From the NCBI GenBank assembly GCA_026936335.1, contig JAPMXV010000058.1, positions 248,001-312,000 of the forward strand: DNA of 64,000 nucleotides. Reading direction: 5' to 3'. Numbering within the stretch: the first letter of the stretch is position 1; every line of letters starts with the position of its first letter. The notes beneath the pieces are model-generated. The model was not told the DNA's origin and made no database searches. It saw nothing but the letters and a program-made list of their open reading frames with translations. The position numbers and the translations under genes are program-made. Positions 53,105 through 64,000 of this stretch are shown here, in pieces. The DNA comes from Mantamonas sphyraenae STR306. Lineage: Eukaryota; Protista; CRuMs.

Positions 53105-55255
53105 ATGTCATCAGAGAGCCTGGCACTTTACGAATCCCTGGCAGGGATTGCAGACGTGAGCGGAGGACGGTTGGAGTCTGAGGAGGCGGTGGTGTTGACG
53201 CTGTCGCAGCGGGATCTGTTGAACAAAACGTGGCGGAAGAGCAGCGTGCGGGTGGAGGGTGGAGAGTTGAAGGGCACGCCAAGAGTGCGTGACAGCAAGG
53301 TGGTGTTGCAGGCGACGAGCCCGTCAGGGAGCAAGGTGGCGATTGTGCGGGAGGAGGAGAAGGGAGAGGGAGGCAAGGACGCGGTGTACACGGTGGAGGT
53401 GTGGGATGGCAGCGGGTGCAGGGCTCGTGTGAGCAGCCGCAAGGTGCACGGATCTGTGTATGCGGATGAGTGGTTTGGAGCGTTGAGCTGGAACGCAGAG
53501 GAAGACAAGCTGGCGTACGTAGCCGACCGGTGCCAGAAGGACAAGCCGGCGTACTTTAGTGTGGAGGCAGTGAACTCGGAGCGAGAAGCAAGCGAACGCG
53601 TGGGAAGCAAGTATGACTTTGAGGAGGACTGGGGAGAGACGTACACTGGACGACACGAGAGCACACTGGTGGTGATGGATGTGGAAGGACGCAGCTTGCG
53701 CGTGCTGGACGCCGTGAAGGACGCCGGGCAGGTCGTATGGACGCCCGAGGGCGAACTTCTGTATGTGGGATGGCAGCCGACGGACAAGGGCGAGCGCATT
53801 GGCATCAAGTATTGCTACAACAGGCCGTCGCGGCTGTATGTGGTTGATGCGGACGGGAACGGAGAGCCGCGTGCGGTGAGTCCGCAGAGCGTGTTTGCAC
53901 GCTCGCCAAGATTCTCCCCAGACGGGTCAACGCTCGTGTTTCTGGCAGTGTCTGGAGACACAGAGGTTCACAACACAGTGTCGTCTCTGCACCGTGCAGC
54001 GTGGCCTGTGGAGGACGCAGAGGCGTGTGTGGAGGTTGTTGGCGACGTGGATGTGCCTACGTCCGTCACGGCGTTCCCGGGACTTTACCTGCATGCTCTG
54101 CCGCGCAGATGCTTCGTGGATGATCACCAGACCATTGTGCTGAGTTCGTCGTGGCGTAGCACGGTGCTTGGCCTGCAGGTGGATCTGGAGAGCGGGGAGG
54201 TGAGCGTACTGGGAGGGTGTGCACACGGGTCATGGACGGTGCTGGATGCCATTGAGGGCTGTGTGTTGGCGTGTGCAAGCCGTCCGAATGCGCCGGTGAC
54301 AGTGTACGTGGGAACAGGGTGTGGCGGTGCCGGCAGCGAGCACGACACAAACACGCAAGTGTGCGAGGCGCGTGCGTGCGGATACACATGGACGCAGGTG
54401 TACTCGAGCGAAGCAGCGGTGGAAGCAGAGGGGCTGACAAAGGCGCTGGGAGAGCTGGACTTTCACATTGAGACGCTGGGCAGCGGGAAGGAAGGAGACG
54501 ACCATTTCCAGGGCGTGGTGATGCACGTGGGCAACGAAGCGCGCCCGACGCTGCTGATGCCTCACGGAGGCCCGCACGGCGTGTATCCAGCAGCACACAG
54601 TGTGTTTGCCAGCTACTTGCTGCTGAGCGGGTACAACCTGGTGTTGGCCAACTACCGTGGTTCGACGGGCTTTGGCAAGCGAGCGCTGACGAGTCTGTGT
54701 GGCAAGGCCGGATACCAGGACGTGGACGACTGCCAAGCAATCATGGAGGCAGCCATCCGAATGGGCCTGGTGGACACGGAGCACATTGGCGTGGTGGGCG
54801 GGTCGCACGGCGGGTTTCTGTCGACACACCTTGTGGCGCAGTTTCCGGAGCGGTACCGGGCGTGTGTGGTGCGCAACCCAGTGACTGCAATCCATACGAT
54901 GTTTGCAGACACGGACATCAGTGACTGGTGCCGTGTGGAGGGCGGCGTGTTTGTGGGCCGTCCGGACGAAGCATACCAGGCGCTGACGGGAGAGCAGATG
55001 CAGACGCTGTTCGAGGCGTCGCCTGTGCGCCATCTGTCATCCAAGCAGTCGCCTACGATGATTATGCTGGGCGAGAAGGACCGACGCGTGCCGTGGAAGA
55101 CGCAGGGCGTGGCGTACTTTCGCCAGCTGCGAAACGCGGGGGTCCCGGTGAAGCTGCTGCAGTTCCCCAAGAGCGCACATGCCATTGTGGATGTGGAGGA
55201 GGAGACGACATCCAACGTACGCATGGTTCAGTGGTTCGACGAGCATGTGATGTGA
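53105..55255 (+). CDS. APEH: Acylamino-acid-releasing enzyme (peptidase S9C)
   Basis: KVHGSVYADEWF, EDWGE, GIKYCYNRPS, PHGGPH, NYRGSTGFG, nucleophile GGSHGG, RNPV, DRRV, AHAI. Confidence 0.92.
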   Translation: MSSESLALYESLAGIADVSGGRLESEEAVVLTLSQRDLLNKTWRKSSVRVEGGELKGTPRVRDSKVVLQATSPSGSKVAIVREEEKGEGGKDAVYTVEVWDGSGCRARVSSRKVHGSVYADEWFGALSWNAEEDKLAYVADRCQKDKPAYFSVEAVNSEREASERVGSKYDFEEDWGETYTGRHESTLVVMDVEGRSLRVLDAVKDAGQVVWTPEGELLYVGWQPTDKGERIGIKYCYNRPSRLYVVDADGNGEPRAVSPQSVFARSPRFSPDGSTLVFLAVSGDTEVHNTVSSLHRAAWPVEDAEACVEVVGDVDVPTSVTAFPGLYLHALPRRCFVDDHQTIVLSSSWRSTVLGLQVDLESGEVSVLGGCAHGSWTVLDAIEGCVLACASRPNAPVTVYVGTGCGGAGSEHDTNTQVCEARACGYTWTQVYSSEAAVEAEGLTKALGELDFHIETLGSGKEGDDHFQGVVMHVGNEARPTLLMPHGGPHGVYPAAHSVFASYLLLSGYNLVLANYRGSTGFGKRALTSLCGKAGYQDVDDCQAIMEAAIRMGLVDTEHIGVVGGSHGGFLSTHLVAQFPERYRACVVRNPVTAIHTMFADTDISDWCRVEGGVFVGRPDEAYQALTGEQMQTLFEASPVRHLSSKQSPTMIMLGEKDRRVPWKTQGVAYFRQLRNAGVPVKLLQFPKSAHAIVDVEEETTSNVRMVQWFDEHVM

Positions 55256-55266
55256 GGTTCGAGCTT

Positions 55267-56545
55267 TCATTGCTCTGTGGCAGTGGCCTGCAGGACGCTT
55301 GCTGCGTGCTCCCAATCGAAAGGCAGGCCTGTGTTGAGGAGAGGATCGAGAGCCCACATGTGGCGCCAATGGAGATAGTGAAAACTGATGGGATAGGGAA
55401 CGGGAGGCGGTTCTGTGTCGGCGTGTTTTGGGTCGAGGTAGTGTGCAGGAGATTGGCTGTAGAATCCGGGAATCTGCGTGGGATGGATGCCAAGCTGATT
55501 GGCACAGCTCCCAATCCAGACATCGGATGTCTGGAAGCGTGTCCAGTCGCAGTCGCCGTCCTTGTCCTGGGCATGCTGCGCCAACTTGTGCACAAAGGAG
55601 CGTGAGCCTACCCACCCTGCGCCGCCCGATAGGTAGACGCCATGTTCACCAAAGACACGCTGACCCAAGTACCAGTCGCGGTTTGGGTCGAACTGGGAAA
55701 GTTTCCTGCGCAGATTGATGGGCGAGTACATCGTGTCGTCTATGCCAGGGATGAGTCAGGAGAGAAGTGGGGAGTGAAAAGTGAGGGGACAAGGGATGGT
55801 GTGCCGTTACGTACCGTCTGCAAAAGCAATCCACTTTGCCCGTGGGAACCATTTGAGGGTGCGGAAAAGAGCACCCGGCCATTTGTTCTGTGCAATCATC
55901 CAGGCACGGCCATACTTTGGACGGATGATGTCCGAGGCGTCGTCGTCCATATCGAGGTCTGGGAGGCCGTACACGGGATGGTCGGGATGGTAGGCGTCGG
56001 AAAACAGGAGGACGTGGTGGTCGGCAGCGTGGCGACTCCACGCGCGAACGCCCTTGACACGGCTGTTGTGCATGACTTGGCCCGTGATGACGACGAATAC
56101 AATGTCATGAAGTGACACAGGGTACACTTGTGCGCCAATGTGGTCGTCAAAGAGCTTCTGCGCTGCGTCGAGGCGACTGCTGTCAGGACGGAGGACCTCT
56201 GCGGAGGAGCGCGCTGCGTTGGCGCGAGGGAAGAAAGGGCGGCTGTTGTCTTTGTGCATGGCTTCCAAGGAGTCGCGCAGCCTGTCTTGGCCAGCTACGG
56301 GCTCGTGGTGAGAGAGTCCAGGGAAGCGGGGCGGGCTGTGGAAAGGTGAGCAGGTCCTGGTCGTCTGCCGGCGTGTCGACACGGAGCTTGCGTGGGTTTG
56401 CAGAGCGAAGTGCAGAGAGGGACCAGGCCATACGAAGGACAAGGAGGAGGAGGATGCAGATGAAAGCGTGTGTGCGCACTTGCCACAGAGCGTGGAGGAG
56501 GGCGAGAATGCGAGGCTGTCGCGTTGGACGCGAGGCACGGCGCAT
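55267..56545 (-). CDS. GT31 / fringe-like (C1GALT1-like) type II membrane glycosyltransferase; frame break near 56330, one intron
   Basis: N-terminal TM (AFICILLLLVL), IVFVVITG, KWIAFAD|DDT (DxD), LSQFDP..WYLG, YLSGGAGWV.SR, SDVWIG.C...LGI. Confidence 0.78.
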
Positions 56546-56668
56546 TGGAGAGTGACGAGTGACGAGAGGGGAGGAAGGTGGGAGGAGATTTGTGTGGATG
56601 GGATGCTTGGTGAGAGAACGGGGGGGAAGCAGGGATGGGTTGCGCCAGTGGAGGCAAGAAGGTTTGCC

Positions 56669-57373
56669 ATGTTTTGTCGAGGCGGAGGGAGGCTGCGACG
56701 CGCACATGTGGGACAAGTGCACCGATGGATGGGTGGAGGGAGTGTGGAGATGCAACAGCAACGGGGAGTGAGCGTCAATGCAAACCAACTGCGACCAGGG
56801 AATCTGGTGCGGATGAAGGATCGGATCCTGAACGTGGTGAGCGCGCAACACACGAAAACGGGCCGTGGGTCGGCATACGTTCAGACAGAGCTGCGGGACA
56901 TCATGGCAGACACGAAAGTCAAGGTACGGCTGCGATCGTCAGAGAGTGTGGACAAAGTGTACGTGGACAAGGAGAGCTGGGTGTTTTCGTACTCTTTGCC
57001 CGAGGACGAAGCGGCGGGTGTGTACCAGCTGGTGTTCAACACACCGGATTACCTGAACGAAATGACGGTGATGTCGACCGAGGTGGCGTGGAAGGGCCGC
57101 ATGGACCTGATGACGAGCGGGATGGCTGTGGATCTGCTGCTGGAAAATGCACGGCCGCTGATTGTGCAATACGAGAGCGTGCAGGTGCCTGTGGTGGAAG
57201 CAGACGCATTTATCCCCGGGCAGACAGCAAAGCCACGCGCCAAGATGGCCCTGGTGGAGACACACATGCCGCAGCCGGTCAAACTGAGCGTGCCATCGCA
57301 CGTGGAAGCAGGGGACGTGCTCGAGGTACGCAGCAACGGCGAGTATGTGAAGAGGGTGGGCAAGGGAGTTTGA
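56669..57373 (+). CDS. efp: Bacterial-type elongation factor P with N-terminal organellar (likely mitochondrial) presequence
   Basis: VNANQLRPGN...HTKTGRGSAYVQTELRDI..K...RLRSSESV, K.A.VE, VPSHVEAGD.LEV...GEYVKR. Arg-rich leader MFCRGGGRLRRAH. Confidence 0.82.
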   Translation: MFCRGGGRLRRAHVGQVHRWMGGGSVEMQQQRGVSVNANQLRPGNLVRMKDRILNVVSAQHTKTGRGSAYVQTELRDIMADTKVKVRLRSSESVDKVYVDKESWVFSYSLPEDEAAGVYQLVFNTPDYLNEMTVMSTEVAWKGRMDLMTSGMAVDLLLENARPLIVQYESVQVPVVEADAFIPGQTAKPRAKMALVETHMPQPVKLSVPSHVEAGDVLEVRSNGEYVKRVGKGV

Positions 57374-57446
57374 CGACGAAGGACGGGAGGGAGGGGGAGG
57401 AGGGAGCGAGATGCAAGGTTGCAATGCAGGAGAACGGTGTTCATGT

Positions 57447-58457
57447 TCACGTGCGAGTGTTGCGGACGGCAAACCCCATTTGGCCGAGCCAGATGATGAT
57501 GCGATCGAGGACTTCGATGGGTTGTGTGTGCCACAAGGCCGTGGGTATGTACGATTCGATTTCGCCTGCTTCGAGGAGACGATCATGCTCGGCGTCGTTC
57601 ACGACGAGGCAGAGTTCGATCTGCTCGTCGACGGCAGAGGCAAACAGATGGTGGGATTCGGCGGTCCAAATGATTTCAGAAGCGAGGGCGTCTGTCCATC
57701 CTTCGGTGATCCCCTGGTGCATGTCCTCGACCATGTCGATGACGCGCTGGCGTCTGTTGCGGCGTGCGGCGCTGAGGAGGCGCTCCTTGTTGTTTCCCTT
57801 GTCGAGGTCAAAGCCAAAGATGAGGAGAAGGCAGACGATGTTGACGTGGCCACGTTGGGCTGCGAGGAAGATGGGATTCTCGATCAGGTGCGCATCCTTG
57901 CGCTTGGTGCTGTTCGAAGCGGTCCAGTACTCGGCAATGCCTGTTTGCGTTCTTGTTCCTTTGGCGTCGTCGTCGTTGTCACTCCTGTCTGCGTCGAAAA
58001 TGTCCAGGCTAGCGCCCTGCTCGAGAAGTGAGAAGGCCGTCTCTGTGTTTCCGCTCTCGCAGGCGGCGTGCAGCGGCGTTTTCCCATTGTCATTGATCCA
58101 ATTGATGGTGGCGCCGTGTGCAATGAGGTCGTTCACATAGAAAAAGCGGTCGTGACGTGCGGCGAAAAAGAGAGGTGTGTTGCCAAAGTCGTCGGTGACG
58201 TTTGGCTTTGCTCCGAGCTGCAAGAGGGTGTGGAAGGCTTCCTTGAGGCCAAACTTTGTGGCAATGACAAGCATGGGCATGCCGAGGGAGTCCTTGTGGT
58301 TTGGGTTGCTGGGGTTGAACTTGTGTGTGACGAGGCGGACGATCTCCTCTGCGTCGTTGTTCCGCACCGCTTCGGCGAGGGAAAACTTGACGTTGACTTT
58401 GGGCTCGTCAGCCACTGGGAAAGCCTGCTGCACTTTGCTTTCCCACGGAGTTGACAT
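57447..58457 (-). CDS. Ankyrin-repeat protein
   Basis: GNTPLFFAA, GKTPLHAAC, NPIFLAAQRGH. Confidence 0.75.
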   Translation of the reverse strand: MSTPWESKVQQAFPVADEPKVNVKFSLAEAVRNNDAEEIVRLVTHKFNPSNPNHKDSLGMPMLVIATKFGLKEAFHTLLQLGAKPNVTDDFGNTPLFFAARHDRFFYVNDLIAHGATINWINDNGKTPLHAACESGNTETAFSLLEQGASLDIFDADRSDNDDDAKGTRTQTGIAEYWTASNSTKRKDAHLIENPIFLAAQRGHVNIVCLLLIFGFDLDKGNNKERLLSAARRNRRQRVIDMVEDMHQGITEGWTDALASEIIWTAESHHLFASAVDEQIELCLVVNDAEHDRLLEAGEIESYIPTALWHTQPIEVLDRIIIWLGQMGFAVRNTRT

Positions 58458-58516
58458 GGGTTCGGTGTTGCGCAGGGCAGCGCAACTCAGCGAACAACTG
58501 AGCAACTTTTTTGTCG

Positions 58517-61500
58517 ATGGAGGTTGCATACCGAGCGTCGGCGTTGCACCAAGCGATTGCTGAGGGTGAGGCGCAGGAGTGCATGCGGCTGCTGAGCAAG
58601 GGAGGGATGGCAGGGAGCAGCGAGGCAGCGCAAGTGGATGTGCTGGGCAACACGGCGATGCACATGTTGGTGCTGTGTCCGGCAATCTTTAGCACGGCAG
58701 AGCAGCTGCAGTGTATGGGGCTTCTGCACAAAGCACAGCCGGGACTGGTGGAAGTTGGGGACGCGTATGGACGGACGCCCGTGCTAGTGGCAGCACACCA
58801 TGGGTTGGAGGAGGTGGTGGAGCATTTGCTGGTGCGTCTGGGCGCAAATGTGCTGTGCACGGACAAGCAAGACAATACGGCGCTTCACTTGGCCGCGTAC
58901 AATGGCCACTCGCAGGTGTTTGAGGTGTTGCTGGGTCATGTGAGGAAACAGCGGAGCAAGGCGAGCTTCCTGAACTGGGTGAACGAATCGTGGCAAACGG
59001 CGCTCCATGTTGCCTGTGCGCAGGGCCACTCGGACTGTGTGAGCATTCTGCTGGCACACGGTAGGTGGGAGTAGAAAGAGAGAGAGAGAGAGAGAGAGAG
59101 TGTGTGTGTGTGTATGTGTGATAGAGGATGTGGAGAGGCTGGAGGGGACAGTGCGTGTCGCCGGGGGGGGGAACTGACATGGAGATGAAGGCGCGAAAAG
59201 CGACTTGCTCGATCAGCGCGGGCTGTGCGCACTGAGCGTGGCTGTGGGTGGACTGCATACGTCGTGTGTAGAGGTGTTGATGTTAAACGACGCCGACCCA
59301 ACGCTTGCAGATGCACAGGGAAAGTCGTGCATGCACTGGGTCGCGCAGAGAGGGGCGGAGGAAGCGCTGAAGCTGATTGTGGCGCTGAGCCAAGACACGA
59401 GGGTGCTGGTGAATGCCAAGGACGTGGATGGACACACTCCGCTGCACTATGCCGTGGCCAACAACCACCCTGGGATGGTGTCGCTGCTTCTGGAGCTCGG
59501 GGCGGCAGTGGACGCCCGTGGAAGGGATGGCGCGCAGCCCTTGCATATGGCAGCCATGGCCGGATATGTCGAGTGTGCGCAGCTATTGCTGGAGCATGGG
59601 GCGTCGGAGAATGCGTCGGATAACAGTCTGCAAACGCCATTGCATGTGTGTTGCCAGAGAGGTGAGGTTGTTGCACGAAGGAAGGGGACCAAGGCTGACA
59701 CCAGTTGATGCACACACGCACACGCCACAGCTTGCATCTCAGTATGCAGACACGGAACTGATGGGGCTTTTGATGGACAACGGTGCAGACGTATCGTTGC
59801 GAGACGTAAACGGGTCGCACGCGCTGCACTATGCAGCGAGCAGCGGAAACGCGCTGAATGCAAACCTGTTGCTGAATTCCGGGGTTGACGTGGACTGTGT
59901 AGACTACAACGGCAAGAGTGCACTGCATTTGGCGGCCCTGTCTGGATTCGTGGACTTTGTGGCGCTGCTATTGCAGCGCCAGGCGCGATACGACCTCGGG
60001 GACCAGTCGGGCCGATTGGCGGTGCACTGGGCGGCAGCAGGTGGGTCGGCAAGCACAGTGCAACGTCTTCTGTCTGTGAACCCGTACCAGGCCAGCGAAA
60101 GAGACCGGGAAGGGAGAAACAGCCTGCATTGGAGTGCAAGCATGAACCATGTCGAGGTGTGCCGCAGCCTAGTGGAAGACTATGGCCTGGAGGTAGGAGC
60201 GAACGACGTGGACGGGTGCAATGCACTGCACCTGGCTGCTCGCTCAGGAGCTGTGCAAGCGGTGGAGTATCTGCTGAGTGTCGGGGTAGAAGTGGACGCA
60301 CGCACGGCGCAGGGGTCGACTGCGTTGCATCTGGCGGTGTGTTACGGGGACATGGACACAGTACAGATGCTGGTGGATGCTGGAGCCTCTGTGGACGCGG
60401 TGGACAACGACGGGCGCACACCTCTGTTTGATGCAGCCTTTCACGACCACGTGGAGTGCTGTGCTTTGCTGCTGAGCCACGGAGCTCGAATTGGCGTGAT
60501 GGATGAGACGGGTCGGTCGGTGATGCACGCGGCAGCTGCAGGTGGGGCACGACAAACGCTGGAGTGGCTGCTGGAGGCGACAGAGCCGGCGGCGGTAAAC
60601 GTAGCGGACAGCAACGGGCGCACGTGTCTCATGTACGCGTGCAAGCACAACCACACGGAAGTGGTGACTCTGTTTGTGTCAGCGCGGAGCAAAGCTAAAC
60701 GCACATACGATCAAACACCAAAAAGTGGCGTTGCACGTGGCGGCGAGCAGAGGCCATACAAATCTGATCCCGATCCTACTGGAGTATGGAGCGGACTGCA
60801 ACGCGCAAGACGCAGCAGGTGTGAGTCTGTTGCACTGGGCGGCAGCGACGGGAGACCAAAAAGTGGTGCGGCTGCTGCTCGACCACGGGGCGGATCTGGA
60901 ACTGGGCGACAAGCGAGGCACACGCGCACTGCACTATGCGGCGTCGCTGTCGTCGCCAGACACAGTGAGCATCCTGTTGCAAGCTGGTGCTCAGGCAGCG
61001 CAGGGCAACGCCGAGGGGATGACCGCATTGCACTTTGCGGCTTACTTTGGCAACTGGTGTGTATGCCAGCACCTGTTGGCAGAGACATCGCTTCACAGAG
61101 ACGTGCAAGATGCGCATGGGAGTACGCCGTGGAGTCTTGCGGAGTACGCGGGCCACGAGCAGGTGCTCAAGGTGTTTGAGAACGAACCGGTCGCGGTGGT
61201 GAATACGCCGCGCTCCAAGAAGCGTGGGAGCTCGGGCCTGGAGTCGCCGTCTGTGGAGATGCCCACTTTGAATCCGTGGGTGCGCACGCCTGGAAGGGAG
61301 GAAAGCTGGGAGAAGCACGAGCAACGGGCACGTGAAGAAATGTTGGATCGGATGAGTGGGCCCGGCTCCCCTCTGGCGCCGCGGAGGCGACGTCAAGTGG
61401 GAGGGGCAGCAGCAGCAAGAAATAGTCCCGCAGGGAGTGCCAGTGGACGTGCAGCGCATGCGCTGGACTTTAGCAAACTGGAGGTGGAACACGAAGAAGT

Positions 61501-61612
61501 GACACAAGGACGAGGTGGAGGGTCGACAGGGATTGGGGCTACGGCACAGCGGCTTGTAGTAACCCTGGTATTGCTTGTGCTTGTGCTCGTGTTTCGGTTT
61601 GGGCTGGTGTGA
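58517..61612 (+). CDS. Large ankyrin-repeat protein (~20 repeats) with C-terminal transmembrane anchor; two introns, frame break near 60673
   Basis: Many G.TALH.AA..G motifs across three frames, linked by GT-AG introns. C-terminal LVVTLVLLVLVLVF. Confidence 0.8.
59077..59120 (+). repeat. Compound (AG)n(TG)n microsatellite in an intron
   Basis: agagagagagagagagagagagagtgtgtgtgtgtg is visible in the sequence. Confidence 0.85.
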
Positions 61613-61669
61613 GTGCGCGAGAGGTGCAAGAAAGGGGGAGGGAGAGACCTGACGAGCAGAGCAGACGAA

Positions 61670-63177
61670 TCAACTGCAGCATTTGTTGCGATTGGCCCCC
61701 ATCCCCTGGTTCAGCGACCCAATTGTCTCCTGTTCATCGGAGGCGCTGACTTTTTGGCTTTTGAAGAGGGCAGACTCGAAGGAAACGGCAGCGACGCGGT
61801 CGAACAGCTCCACGACTTTGTCGTCTGAGGCCGCAGAGTCAGTTTTTGGCGGTTGTGCGTGTGAGGGCAAAATGGGAACAACACGGCAAATGTACGTACT
61901 GGTTTTGCTGGACACTTCCCAGTACTCGGCGTTGAGCTCCTGGGCGAGGTTTTCGCCTTCGTCGAAATCGACAGCGTGCTGCGCGGGGATCCCAACTCCG
62001 GGTTAGCGTGGTGTGGTGAGGGGCAACGGGCTGGGGAGGGGGGAGAGGGCACATGCTGGATGCAACGCACAAACATGTCGGACTTGAGGCCGACGAGAAA
62101 GAGGTTGAACGAGCCCTCGTCGGTTTCGCTGACGACCTCTTTGAGCCAGGCCTTGGTGTCCTCAAAGCTGTTGCGGTTTCCCTGCGAGGGGGGGGGGGGA
62201 AGATGGGCAGAGCCACAGGAAAGAGTACGTGAAGTAGAGGAGAGGTTGTGAGCTGGGCTGTGTGTGTGTGTGGTGTGGAAAGAGTGTGAAGTGGTCGGTG
62301 CGGAGGCGTGTGAAACGTACAAGATCAAAGGCAAGGAGGACGCTGATTGCACCGCGGTAGTAAGCGCGGCTGATGGCCTTGAACTTGTCCTGACCGGCTG
62401 TATCCCAGCTGTTTGGATGGGGGATGTGAGGACGTGTGTGGGGAGGAAGGCGGGCGGTGGTGAGCGTGTGCACAGAGATGGGAATTCGCCGAGGGTGTGA
62501 GCGCGGAATGAAGACGGCGGAGATCCGCTCGGCGAGAACAGGGGTGGTAAGGACGCGGGAGGGGTCGGCGGGATGCAAGTCTGCGCTGGGGCGGGCACAT
62601 TGGACACACGTACACGTGGAGCATGAAAGCCGTGTCCAGGACGGTGTATTTTCTGTACATAAAGTCGACGCCGATGGTCGCCTGGAAGTGGTGGGCGGGA
62701 GGGTCAGCCGCCGAGTTTGCGTGTTCGTGGACAAAGGCGACAGTCGAGCGCACCCTGCGCGCCGCAGAAGCAGCCGGAGACAAGAAGAAACACAGCACAG
62801 GCTTCCTGAAACCACTTACCTTGTAGCCATCCGAGTACGAGCCTTCCGTAATGCGTCGCTGTGGAATGGAGGCGGGTAGTGTGAGCGGCAAGTTGGCGGG
62901 CAATCGCCGAGGGGCAACAAGGGTCACGCAGGTCTGAGTGTCCTTGTGTGTGTGTGGGTCGAGAGTCGGGATGTGTACGTACCACTAGACTGGTCTTCCC
63001 CGTGGCATGGGTCCCGACGAGAATGACCTTGGCAGCCATCTTTTCCGAAACGCTACCCGAAACGGCGTTGCACCACTTTTCGACGCCCGGATCAAAGGAG
63101 GATTGGCCACCGCGGATGGGAGCACCCGCACCGGCCTTGGGATACTTGGTGATGTCGCGCGCAGTCTGCTCCGCCAT
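61670..63177 (-). CDS. Rab GTPase, Rab34/Rab36-like (multi-exon)
   Basis: KVILVG...TGKTSLV, ATIGVDF, WDTAGQDKFKAI..AYYRGA, LFLVGLKSD, AEYWEVSSKT, FDRVAAVSFE, C-terminal CCS. The N-terminal extension is typical of Rab34/36. Confidence 0.8.
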
Positions 63178-63324
63178 GGCGGTGCTTGTGTGCGACATGC
63201 AGTGAGTGAGCAAGACGCGAGGCCGAAAGGAGTGGAGTTGGGTGTGCATGGGCACCTGCTTTGCATGCATTGCATTTTGCATGTTGAAATGGAGTGAACA
63301 CAGACATGTGGAACATGCGACGGG

Positions 63325-64000
63325 TCACAGAAGCTGTTCGACATCGTCGCCGAGGCGGCGTAGGAGGACGTAGGCATCGCTGCCAAAGCCGTCGACACTG
63401 AGAAACTGTAGGTCGCCCGAGAAGTACTTGCAGTAGAGGCGTGCGAGTGGGAGGCCGACGCCGTAGCCACCCATGGGCACGCTGAGGCCGTCTCCCGGGT
63501 CGACGACACTGGTGATGAGAGGCGCCGAGGTTGTGAACAGGTAGGAAAAGATTTGGTCGACCTCGGTGCGGCTCATGCCGCCACCCTCGTCGCAGACCTT
63601 GATGGTGACGTCTTCGGTGCCTCGTGCAATGATGACCTTGACGTCGGGGAGGGTGGTTTCGCTCTGGTGCTCTTCGATGGTTGCACGGAGGGAGTTTTTG
63701 ATGAGTTCAAAGAGTATGTAGTGGATGTGGGAGTCGACGTAGGGAAAGGTGAGGTCCATGTCGCCCATCACCTTGACCTGGGGCACCGAGTCGTAGCGGC
63801 GGACGGCGAGGGAGCGGGCGCTGGTCGCGGCGTCCTTGGCCACCTTGGACGGATTGCAGAAGCGGTTGATGATACCCACGGTGTCCGAGTCGGACGAGTC
63901 GCTGTGCATTTGATAGATGAGGGAGATCTGCTGCTGGAGGAGCATGCGCAGGCCGATACGCTGGAGGAAAAAGTTGTCCAGGTAGTCGTTGATTTCTGGA
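63325..64000 (-). CDS. Mitochondrial pyruvate/branched-chain keto-acid dehydrogenase kinase (3' part; truncated by the window edge)
   Basis: LDNFFLQRIGLRML, YILFELIKNSLRA, DEGGG, FSYLFTT, GYGVGLPLARLY..YF.GDL, GFGSDAYV.L. Confidence 0.9.
   Translation of the reverse strand, partial: PEINDYLDNFFLQRIGLRMLLQQQISLIYQMHSDSSDSDTVGIINRFCNPSKVAKDAATSARSLAVRRYDSVPQVKVMGDMDLTFPYVDSHIHYILFELIKNSLRATIEEHQSETTLPDVKVIIARGTEDVTIKVCDEGGGMSRTEVDQIFSYLFTTSAPLITSVVDPGDGLSVPMGGYGVGLPLARLYCKYFSGDLQFLSVDGFGSDAYVLLRRLGDDVEQLL

Overview
Gene-dense, GC-rich eukaryotic nuclear DNA from a flagellated protist-like organism: short GT-AG spliceosomal introns, ciliary genes, and very short intergenic spacers. About 30 protein genes are recognisable by motif: GT4 and GT31 glycosyltransferases, ankyrin/IQ protein, DAW1, two PKA-C/PRKX paralogues, GH92 mannosidase, shugoshin, SGT, EXD3/Mut-7, ATP-dependent RNA ligase, major vault protein (MVP), CENP-S, GINS Psf3, UBAC2-like, adenylate kinase, alkaline-phosphatase-fold membrane enzyme, stand-alone dynein-stalk-like protein, CEP83-like, CFAP57, vault PARP (PARP4), SPIN90, APEH, organellar EF-P, Rab34/36 and PDK/BCKDK. 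The most notable signal is a candidate vault/RNA-processing locus: EXD3(Mut7-C) >< RNA ligase <> [~340-nt highly base-paired non-coding element] > MVP, with a PARP4-type vault PARP 19 kb downstream. Other observations: three genes whose ATG appears split by an intron (AT|gt..ag|G), about eight single-base frame breaks that are probably assembly indels, and strand-skew domains independent of gene direction. All assignments come from motif recognition by eye; no searches or folding programs were run.
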